A stretch of 64,000 bases of DNA from a bacterium. GTDB lineage: Bacteria; Zhuqueibacterota; Zhuqueibacteria; Residuimicrobiales; Oceaniaggregativiventaceae. Positions within the stretch are counted from its first letter, which is position 1. Each line of letters starts with the position of its first letter. The stretch lies in contig JAKQNP010000036.1 of NCBI GenBank assembly GCA_029565675.1, positions 1,449-65,448 on the forward strand. The letters are read 5' to 3'. The position numbers and the translations under genes are program-made. The notes beneath the pieces were generated by a model. That model was not told the origin of the DNA and did not search any database. It saw nothing but the letters and a program-made list of their open reading frames with translations. Shown here one piece after another: positions 28,750 to 36,732 of the stretch.

Positions 28750-30015
28750 ATGACAATGCCAGGACGCCAACGTTTGCAGGACGCTCTCAACCATCGTCAG
28801 CCGGATGCCATTCCCGTCGATCTGGGCGCCAGTTCGGTGACCGGAATCCATGTTTCTTGCGTGGCCGGATTGCGCGACTACTATAAACTGGAGAAAAGGC
28901 TGGTCAAAGTTCACGAACCTTACCAGATGCTCGGATTGGTGGAGGATGATTTGCTCGACGCCCTGGGCGTTGATGTCGTCGGTCTCGGCGCTCCAGAGAA
29001 TATTTTCGGTTTTGCCAATGAAAATTGGCGCCCTTATACCCTCGATTCAGGATTGCAGGTCTTGGTATCGGAACACATGCAAACGACCCGCGACCAAAAC
29101 GGCGATACACTGATCTACCCGAAAGGCGATTTGACTGCCATGCCCAGCGGCCGCATGCCCCAAAACGGCTATTTTTTTGACACGATCGTCCGGCAGCACC
29201 CTATCGACGAGACCCATTTGAATCCGGCCGACAACCTGGAAGAGTTTACGCTTGTCGGCGAAAAAGAACTGAGCTATTATGCTCGTGAAATCGCCAATTT
29301 ACGCGATAATCCGCGCGGTGTTCTGGCTTCTTTCGGTGGCACCGCGCTTGGCGACATCGCCTTGGTCCCAGCGCCTTTTCTCAAGGATCCCAAAGGCATT
29401 CGCGACATCGAGGAATGGTATGTATCCACAGTCATCAGGCAGGATTTTATCAGGCAGATTTTTCAACAGCAGACCGACATCGCTCTGCAGAATTTGGCCA
29501 AATTGTGGGAAACGGTCGGTGATCGGGTCGACGCGCTGTTTATTTGCGGCACCGATTTCGGCACGCAAAATTCGACTTTTTGTTCCGAAGAAACCTATCG
29601 CGAACTCTATATGCCGTATTATCGCCGGATCAACGATTGGATCCATGCGCATACCACCTGGAAAACTTTTAAACACTCGTGCGGGGCTGTTGCGCCATTG
29701 ATCGATGCCATGATCGAATCCGGTTTTGATATTCTGAATCCGGTGCAATTGACTGCCCGCGGCATGGATGCCAGGAAATTGAAAGCAGAGTACGGCGATC
29801 GGCTGGTCTTTTGGGGTGGTGGAATCGACACCCAATCGACATTGCCGTTTGGACGACCCGATGAGGTACGCCGTCAGGTTCTTGAACGCTGTGAAATTCT
29901 CGGCCGCGACGGTGGTTTTGTTTTCAACGCGGTACACAACATACAAGCCAATACGCCGATCAAAAATATCGTTGCCATGTTTGATGCGGTGCGGGAATTC
30001 AACGGTCGGCGTTGA
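28750..30015 (+). CDS. Uroporphyrinogen decarboxylase family (MtaA/CmuA-like) protein
   Basis: HRQPDAIPVDLG, GTDFGTQ, FKHSCG, FWGGGIDTQ, GFVFNAVHNIQ; GGAG RBS. Confidence 0.88.
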   Translation: MTMPGRQRLQDALNHRQPDAIPVDLGASSVTGIHVSCVAGLRDYYKLEKRLVKVHEPYQMLGLVEDDLLDALGVDVVGLGAPENIFGFANENWRPYTLDSGLQVLVSEHMQTTRDQNGDTLIYPKGDLTAMPSGRMPQNGYFFDTIVRQHPIDETHLNPADNLEEFTLVGEKELSYYAREIANLRDNPRGVLASFGGTALGDIALVPAPFLKDPKGIRDIEEWYVSTVIRQDFIRQIFQQQTDIALQNLAKLWETVGDRVDALFICGTDFGTQNSTFCSEETYRELYMPYYRRINDWIHAHTTWKTFKHSCGAVAPLIDAMIESGFDILNPVQLTARGMDARKLKAEYGDRLVFWGGGIDTQSTLPFGRPDEVRRQVLERCEILGRDGGFVFNAVHNIQANTPIKNIVAMFDAVREFNGRR

Positions 30016-30215
30016 CCTGAAGGTCGGTATGCGATCGCCAGCCCGATGACCGTGGTTTTTTCTGCGCAGGTGCTCACGCCTACCCGGGAATCGGTTGCGT
30101 TTTTCGCGATTTGTCCGTAAATTCGGTTGTTAGCCATGCGGTGCAGATTCACGGCATTGGTACGCGGCCGGATAAACCGTTTATCCGCCCAAGTTGGTTT
30201 CTTTCCGAGGTCTGA

Positions 30216-31568
30216 GTGGCTGAAAAACTTAAAATTCTGCTGATCGATGATGACTATGTCTTGCGCTCTGCTTGCGAAGCCTTTCTGAATGACGCGGGTT
30301 ATGCCGTTTACAGCGGCAAAAATCCGGAAGAGGGACTCAAGTTGATGCGCGATATCAATTTCGATGTCTTGATAACCGATTTCCGCATGCCTGGCATGAA
30401 TGGCATCGATTTCATGCGTGCGGTTCAACAATCGAGCCCCCAAACCGACATCATCATGATGACCGGCTATGCGACCATCGAACACGCCGTTGAAGCCATG
30501 CGTCTCGGCGCATTCGATTATCTGCAAAAGCCTTTTGAGCCGGGCCAGTTGTTGGAGACGGTCAACAAACTGGTCGCCCAGCGGCGACAGCTGGGAAAAA
30601 GCGGCGAGAGCGAATTTCGCTTTCAATTCGACGGCCAAAGCGTCAGCATTATCGCCAAGAGCAAAGCCATGCACGACATTTTTCGCCTGGTGGAAAAAGT
30701 TGCTCCCACTGACAGCACGGTTTTAATCCTCGGCGAGAGCGGTACCGGCAAGGAATCGATCGCCAGAGCCTTGCATGCGCTCAGCTTGCGCAGCAAAAAA
30801 CCTTTTTTTACCATGGATTGCGGTTCATTGGTCGAATCCCTGTTCGAAAGCGAACTTTTCGGCCATGTCAAAGGCTCTTTTACCGGCGCCATTGCCACCA
30901 AACATGGCGCTTTTGAGCTTGCCGATGGCGGTACTTTTTTCTTTGACGAAATCGGCAATATTTCCCTCAATGTGCAGGCCAAAATCCTGCGCGCCATCCA
31001 GGAAAAGGAGATCCGCCGGATCGGCAGCACAGAAACCATACCCGTCGATGTCAGGGTTATTGCGGCGACCAATCTTGATTTGCAGCAAGCGGTTGAACGC
31101 GGTGAATTCCGCGAAGATCTCTATTACCGTTTGAGCGTCATTCCCATCCACTTGCCCAGTTTGCGCGAACGAAAAGATGATATTCCGCTTTTGTTGCACT
31201 ATTTCATCCAGAAAAACAATCTGCGCCGCCATCGAAAACCGATCCAGTCTATCGACGACAATGCTCTGGCTGCTCTGTTGCACTATGACTGGCCGGGGAA
31301 TATCCGCGAATTGCAAAACATCGTTGAACGCATCGCCATTATCGAGGACAGCTCGACGATCAGTCTGGCCAGTCTGCCGCCTGCCCTGCAGATCAATGCC
31401 GTTGTGCCGAATGACACCGCGCCGACTTTGTCGATCGCCCAAATTGAAAAACAACATATCGCCAACACCCTGCGCACAACCGGGCACAACATCAGCCAGA
31501 CCGCGCGCTTGCTGGGAATCGACCGCAAAACGCTGTATGACAAGATCCGACGCTACGAACTCGATTGA
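30216..31568 (+). CDS. Sigma54-dependent response regulator (NtrC/AtoC type)
   Basis: REC (LIDDD, TDFRMP, KPF), GESGTGKE, ESELFGHVKGSFTGA, FFDEIG, WPGNIRELQN, C-terminal Fis HTH. Confidence 0.96.
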   Translation: MAEKLKILLIDDDYVLRSACEAFLNDAGYAVYSGKNPEEGLKLMRDINFDVLITDFRMPGMNGIDFMRAVQQSSPQTDIIMMTGYATIEHAVEAMRLGAFDYLQKPFEPGQLLETVNKLVAQRRQLGKSGESEFRFQFDGQSVSIIAKSKAMHDIFRLVEKVAPTDSTVLILGESGTGKESIARALHALSLRSKKPFFTMDCGSLVESLFESELFGHVKGSFTGAIATKHGAFELADGGTFFFDEIGNISLNVQAKILRAIQEKEIRRIGSTETIPVDVRVIAATNLDLQQAVERGEFREDLYYRLSVIPIHLPSLRERKDDIPLLLHYFIQKNNLRRHRKPIQSIDDNALAALLHYDWPGNIRELQNIVERIAIIEDSSTISLASLPPALQINAVVPNDTAPTLSIAQIEKQHIANTLRTTGHNISQTARLLGIDRKTLYDKIRRYELD

Positions 31569-31573
31569 TTCAA

Positions 31574-31643
31574 CTGGGGAATTATTCTACACTTTTTGGC
31601 AAGATTTTTATCTTTAGCGCTGGAGTGGGGAGAAAATCCACAC
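31574..31643 (+). promoter_or_regulatory. Two candidate enhancer (UAS) sites for the sigma54 activator
   Basis: CTGGGGAATTATTCTACAC (31574-31592) and GTGGGGAGAAAATCCACAC (31625-31643), imperfect dyads 51 bp apart. Confidence 0.5.
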
Positions 31644-31848
31644 TTTGGCTTTTCGCTTCTTAATCCGCAATTTTAAAACTATCATCAACCAACTGATCAA
31701 GGGTGTCGCTTTATCCTGCAACACGAGGTTCACCCCGCTCGATTTCACCAAAAGAATACTGATATATCTAATTAAATAACAACGCTATAGATGAAAACTA
31801 AATCCGTCGCGCCGTCTAAAATAGCGGATTGGAAGCGTGCTTTTAATG

Positions 31849-31865
31849 TTGGCATGGTATTTGTA
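31849..31865 (+). promoter_or_regulatory. Sigma54 -24/-12 promoter
   Basis: TTGGCATGGTATTTGTA vs consensus YTGGCACGRNNNTTGCW (GT instead of GC at -12); lies upstream of the hydrogenase operon. Confidence 0.6.
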
Positions 31866-31982
31866 GGTAAATTGAATCTTGACTGTTCTCACATCTGCCT
31901 GACAGTTCGCGCACATTTCTGCAAAGCGCCAAATCGAGCAGGCCAATCTGATTTTGAAATTTTTTGGGAAGTGCATTGGATC

Positions 31983-32390
31983 ATGAATTGTCTGTTTATT
32001 TTGCCTAAACCGCAGGCCTTGCACCAGGAGCTGTTCCGCTCCTTGCGCGAAGATCAAATCCCATTCGAAGTGATCCATGACACCATGGGAGGCATCGAAA
32101 TGACCCGAATGCGTCATTTCGATGTGATCGTTCTGAAAGCCAACAGCGAGCGGTTACAAGTTGAGCAGACTATCAGGTTGCTCAAAGGATGCGATCCGAC
32201 AGCAAAAGTGATCGTGACCACCGCGGTCAATTCGAAATCGCTTGAAGCGAAGATTCGCAAGCAGAATATCTACTATTTCCATCTGGAGTCTTTTGGCACA
32301 CAAGACCTCAGGCTGGCGATTCAGACTGCTTGTCGCAACAGCAACAACAGTGCGTTTTCTGCCGGGTGCTGTGACAAACAAGGGAATTGA
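31983..32390 (+). CDS. Atypical (pseudo-)receiver domain protein
   Basis: CheY-like pattern FDVIVL..IRLLKGCDPTAKVIVTT..IYYFHL.SF; phospho-Asp and conserved Lys positions are replaced. Confidence 0.65.
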   Translation: MNCLFILPKPQALHQELFRSLREDQIPFEVIHDTMGGIEMTRMRHFDVIVLKANSERLQVEQTIRLLKGCDPTAKVIVTTAVNSKSLEAKIRKQNIYYFHLESFGTQDLRLAIQTACRNSNNSAFSAGCCDKQGN

Positions 32391-32533
32391 CAAAAACCGC
32401 GGTTTTTTTGCTGGAACTGCGGCACAGAATTTTCCGCAATTTTGTTATAACGAACAACACAACCTGTTTGCAGCCAGCAGAGTCCTTACGCGGAACAGTG
32501 CTGATATGCAATAATGATGAAAAGAGGAGAACC

Positions 32534-32998
32534 ATGGAGACGAAGACAATTTTGGCAAAATATCCTGAGCACGATCCGTCCGTGCTCATCGCGCTGCTGC
32601 AGGATATTCAAGAAACCTATGGCTATCTGCCGGAAAGTGAATTGCATGCTGTTGCTCAATATACCGATATGCCGGTTAGCCGGGTCTATGGCGTTGCGAC
32701 TTTTTACAACCAGTTTCGTCTCAAACCACTGGGAAAAACCGTCATTCGCGTCTGTCGCGGCACAGCTTGTCATGTCAAAGGATCGCTCGATATTTTGCGC
32801 ACTGTGGAGAGCGAGTTGGGCATTTCAGCCGGCGACACAACCAAGGATATGAAATACACCATTGAAACCGTTGCTTGTATCGGTGCCTGCAGCATTGCCC
32901 CGGTCATCACCATCAGCGGCGAATTCCACGGTGGTCTTACGGTCAAGAGTGTGCAAAAATTGCTGGCGTCCTACCAAAAGAAAGCAGAAGAGGAGTGA
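32534..32998 (+). CDS. hydC: NuoE-like [2Fe-2S] subunit of hydrogenase 1
   Basis: VATFY, CRGTACHVKG, ACIGACSIAP; GAGGAG RBS. Confidence 0.93.
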   Translation: METKTILAKYPEHDPSVLIALLQDIQETYGYLPESELHAVAQYTDMPVSRVYGVATFYNQFRLKPLGKTVIRVCRGTACHVKGSLDILRTVESELGISAGDTTKDMKYTIETVACIGACSIAPVITISGEFHGGLTVKSVQKLLASYQKKAEEE

Positions 32999-33004
32999 TC
33001 GTCG

Positions 33005-34999
33005 ATGAAATCGTTTGCAAAAATATACCATGGCTGTTGGCACACGCCGGACAATCCCTGTCGATTCTTCGTCGATTGCATCAACAATGGTCCGCATTGC
33101 AACCAGTCGGCTGAAGCAAAAGAAGAATTGTCGGCATACAAAAAGGAATTGCTGCTGGAACACCATGCCCAGCCGGTGATTATGGTCGGCATGGGCACTT
33201 GTGGTCTGGCCAACGGCGCCCAGGCGGTCTATGACAAATTGCGCGAAGAACTGACTGCTCGGCAGATCGATGCGCAGCTGTGGTCGACAGGGTGTGTTGG
33301 TTTTTGTTCCATGGAAGTGATCGTCGACATCAAACTGCCAAAGTCAGCGCGAGTTTCATATGCCCGAGTCACTCCGGCTGATGTGCCGGCTATTTTGGAT
33401 GCAGCCTTTATTCAGGACAAGATCGATACTGATCGTCTTCTGGGTGTCTATAAGACCGGCAATGGCAAGTCTGTCAATGGTTTCACAGCCATTGACGATG
33501 TGCCGTTTTTCAAGAAACAGAAAAAACTGGTCCTTGCCAATTGCGGAGTGATCAATCCGGAGAGCATCGATCAGTATTTGGCGCGCGACGGTTATCGCGC
33601 CTTGGCCAAGATTTTGAGCACCATGTCGCCCGTCGACGTGATTGAAGAGATCAAGAAATCGGGATTGCGCGGTCGCGGAGGCGGGGGATTTCCCACCGGC
33701 AAAAAATGGGAGTTCGCTTACAAAGAAAAAAGCGAACAAAAATATCTGATCTGCAATGCAGATGAAGGTGATCCAGGCGCCTTTATGGATCGCGCGGTTT
33801 TGGAAGGCGATCCCCATCGGGTGGTGGAAGGGATGATCATCGCCGCCTATGCAATCGGCGCCAGCCAGGGATATATCTACTGTCGTGCAGAGTATCCTCT
33901 TGCCATACAGCGTCTGGAGAAAACGATCCACGATGCAGAAGCCTATGGGCTTATGGGCGACAACATTCTGGGCAGCGGCTTTTCCTTTCATTTAAAGATC
34001 AAAAAGGGCGCCGGTGCATTTGTTTGCGGTGAGGAAACTGCCCTGATCAATTCGATCGAAGGCAAACGCGGCATGCCCAGGCCCCGACCGCCTTTTCCGG
34101 CGGTGGCCGGTCTTTTCGGTAAACCGACCGTTGTCAACAATGTCGAGACCTTTGCCAATGTCTCGACCATTGTTCTCGGTGGTGCTGATGCTTACGCAGC
34201 AATTGGCACCGCCAATTCAAAAGGGACCAAGATTTTTGCTCTTTCAGGCAAGGTGTGCAACACCGGCCTGGTCGAAGTACCGATGGGCACAACTTTGCGC
34301 GAGGTGATATTCGATATTGGCGGGGGGATTCCGAACGGCAAAGAGTTCAAAGCCGTGCAAATCGGCGGGCCTTCCGGCGGTGCTCTGCCGGAATCGGTAA
34401 TCGATACCGCAGTCGATTACGAAAGCCTCAAATCGATTGGTGCGATGATGGGATCCGGCGGCCTGGTGGTGATGGACGAGACGACTTGCATGGTCGATTT
34501 GGCCAAATATTTTATGACCTTTATCGCCAGCGAATCGTGCGGCAAATGCATCCCGTGTCGAGAAGGAACCAAACGGTTGCTCGAAATACTCGAGCGACTG
34601 ACACAATCGTATCGCAGCGAAAAGTCACCGGAAGATGCGCTGTTGCGTTTCCAGGGCATGGTCTATATGGAGCGTCTGGCTGATGTGATCAAGAATACGT
34701 CGCTGTGCGGCCTTGGTCAGACTGCCGCCAATCCGGTATTGAGCACACTTCGCTATTTTCGCGACGAGTATGAAGCTCATCTGTATGACCGCAAGTGTCC
34801 AGCTGGTCATTGCCGGGAATTGTTAACCTATCATATCGATACCGACAAGTGCACGGGCTGCACCTTATGCGCCCGCAAATGTCCCCAGGGTGCCATAATC
34901 GGTGAAGTGAAAAAAGCGCATTATATCATCGAAGACAAATGTGTTCGCTGTGACATCTGCCGTCAAAACTGCAAATTCGACGCAATTTACGTGGAATAA
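33005..34999 (+). CDS. hydB: NuoF-like NADH/FMN subunit of hydrogenase 1, bifurcating-type signature
   Basis: GRGGGGFPTG, ADEGDPGAFMDR, GAFVCGEE, GGPSGG, ESCGKCIPCREG, C-terminal 2x[4Fe-4S]; N-terminal thioredoxin-like GMGTCG..TGCVGFC. Confidence 0.95.
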   Translation: MKSFAKIYHGCWHTPDNPCRFFVDCINNGPHCNQSAEAKEELSAYKKELLLEHHAQPVIMVGMGTCGLANGAQAVYDKLREELTARQIDAQLWSTGCVGFCSMEVIVDIKLPKSARVSYARVTPADVPAILDAAFIQDKIDTDRLLGVYKTGNGKSVNGFTAIDDVPFFKKQKKLVLANCGVINPESIDQYLARDGYRALAKILSTMSPVDVIEEIKKSGLRGRGGGGFPTGKKWEFAYKEKSEQKYLICNADEGDPGAFMDRAVLEGDPHRVVEGMIIAAYAIGASQGYIYCRAEYPLAIQRLEKTIHDAEAYGLMGDNILGSGFSFHLKIKKGAGAFVCGEETALINSIEGKRGMPRPRPPFPAVAGLFGKPTVVNNVETFANVSTIVLGGADAYAAIGTANSKGTKIFALSGKVCNTGLVEVPMGTTLREVIFDIGGGIPNGKEFKAVQIGGPSGGALPESVIDTAVDYESLKSIGAMMGSGGLVVMDETTCMVDLAKYFMTFIASESCGKCIPCREGTKRLLEILERLTQSYRSEKSPEDALLRFQGMVYMERLADVIKNTSLCGLGQTAANPVLSTLRYFRDEYEAHLYDRKCPAGHCRELLTYHIDTDKCTGCTLCARKCPQGAIIGEVKKAHYIIEDKCVRCDICRQNCKFDAIYVE

Positions 35000-35019
35000 T
35001 CAAGCCAGAGAGGATTCCG

Positions 35020-36732
35020 ATGATTGTAACAATAAATGGCAAAGAGTTATGGGCCAATCCGGGCGATACGATCCTCAATGTCGCTCAGCGCGAAGGAATA
35101 AAAATTCCAACTTTGTGCTATCTCAAGGGTTTTACGCCGACCGGCTCTTGTCGTATCTGTGTGGTTGAAGTTGAAGGCCAACGCAATCTGGTGCCGTCCT
35201 GTGCGCAGCCGGTGACCGAAGGCATGCGGGTGTTGACCAACTCAACCAAAGTGCGGCGGGCGCGAAAGACGATTATCGAGTTGTTGATCGCCAATCATCC
35301 GCAGGACTGCCTGGTGTGCGTGCGCAACGGCAACTGCGAGCTGCAAGACTTGGCTTCTGAATATGGGGTGCGCGATTACCGCTACACCGGTGAACGGCGG
35401 ATGAACAAAAAAGACATCGCCAGCCCGTCAATCGAACGCGATCCCAACAAGTGTATCCTGTGCGGCCGTTGTGTTCGGGTTTGTCACGAGACACAAAATG
35501 TCGGTGCGATTGACCTCGCACGCCGAGGTTTTTCTTCGTATGTCACCCCGGCAATGGACAGCAGTCTGAATACCAGTCCGTGTGTCTATTGCGGACAGTG
35601 CATCACGGTATGTCCAGTGGGTGCGCTGACGGAAAAGAGCCATGAAAAGTTGGTCTGGGAAGCCATCAACGATCCGAATCGCATTGTCATCGCACAAACC
35701 GCACCCTCTGTCCGCGTGGCACTCGGCGAAGAATTTGGCATGGAACCAGGGAGCATTGTGACGGGTAAAATGACCGCGGCATTGCGGCGTATGGGCGTCG
35801 ATATGGTTTTCGATACGAATTTCGGTGCTGACCTGACCATTATGGAAGAAGGTGCGGAGTTGATCAGCCGTTTGAAAAACGGCGGGAAAATTCCACTCTT
35901 GACTTCGTGCAGTCCTGGCTGGGTCAAATACGTCGAGACCTTTTATCCCGATCTCCTGGAACATGTCTCCACCTGCAAATCGCCGCAGGAGATGACCGGT
36001 GCGATTATCAAATCCTTTTATGCACAAAAAATGAATATCGATCCGGCCAAGATTTTTGTGGTCTCGGTGATGCCGTGTACCGCAAAGAAATTTGAATCCC
36101 AGCGCCCGGAACTCGGCTTCAACTATCCAGACGTGGATGCGGTGTTGACAACACGCGAGATGGCACGGATGATCAAGAATTCCGGCATCGACTTTCATAA
36201 ACTTCCGGACGACCATTTTGATGATCCGCTGGGCGAGTCGACCGGTGCCGGCGCCATCTTCGGCGCAACCGGTGGTGTCATGGAAGCTGCCTTGCGCACA
36301 GCCCATTTCTTTTTGACCGGCAAAGAAATGAACGATATCGAGTTTTCGCCGATTCGTGGGCTGGACGGCGTGCGGCGCGCCACGGTCTTTATCAACGACA
36401 TCGAGTTGCACGTAGCGGCTGTAAGCGGATTGAAGAATATCGATTCCTTTTTGGACGATATCCGCAGCGGCAAGTCGGAATTTGCATTCATCGAAGTCAT
36501 GGCCTGCCCCGGCGGCTGCATCAATGGTGGAGGACAGCCATTGCCTGCCGATCCGGAAAAAGTCAAAAAACGCGCTGAGGCGATATACGAAATCGATCGC
36601 GCAACTGCACGGCGGTGTTCGCATCAGAACAGCTCGATTCAGAAGCTCTACCAAGAATTTCTCGGCGAGCCCAACAGCCACAAATCGCACGAGCTGTTGC
36701 ATACACATTTTGTCAGCAGAGAGATCCAATGA
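35020..36732 (+). CDS. hydA: [FeFe]-hydrogenase group A catalytic subunit 1
   Basis: H-cluster motifs TSCSPGW, MPCTAKKFE, EVMACPGGCINGGGQP; N-terminal [2Fe-2S], His-ligated and two [4Fe-4S] motifs. Confidence 0.96.
   Translation: MIVTINGKELWANPGDTILNVAQREGIKIPTLCYLKGFTPTGSCRICVVEVEGQRNLVPSCAQPVTEGMRVLTNSTKVRRARKTIIELLIANHPQDCLVCVRNGNCELQDLASEYGVRDYRYTGERRMNKKDIASPSIERDPNKCILCGRCVRVCHETQNVGAIDLARRGFSSYVTPAMDSSLNTSPCVYCGQCITVCPVGALTEKSHEKLVWEAINDPNRIVIAQTAPSVRVALGEEFGMEPGSIVTGKMTAALRRMGVDMVFDTNFGADLTIMEEGAELISRLKNGGKIPLLTSCSPGWVKYVETFYPDLLEHVSTCKSPQEMTGAIIKSFYAQKMNIDPAKIFVVSVMPCTAKKFESQRPELGFNYPDVDAVLTTREMARMIKNSGIDFHKLPDDHFDDPLGESTGAGAIFGATGGVMEAALRTAHFFLTGKEMNDIEFSPIRGLDGVRRATVFINDIELHVAAVSGLKNIDSFLDDIRSGKSEFAFIEVMACPGGCINGGGQPLPADPEKVKKRAEAIYEIDRATARRCSHQNSSIQKLYQEFLGEPNSHKSHELLHTHFVSREIQ

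Noticed and set aside
31791-31982. N-terminal extension of the 199-aa ORF
   Set aside because: Overlaps the sigma54 promoter and is not protein-like; the receiver-like fold starts at ATG 31983
32534-34999. NuoE/NuoF-like genes as respiratory complex I
   Set aside because: They are followed by [FeFe]-hydrogenase subunits and there are no membrane nuo genes
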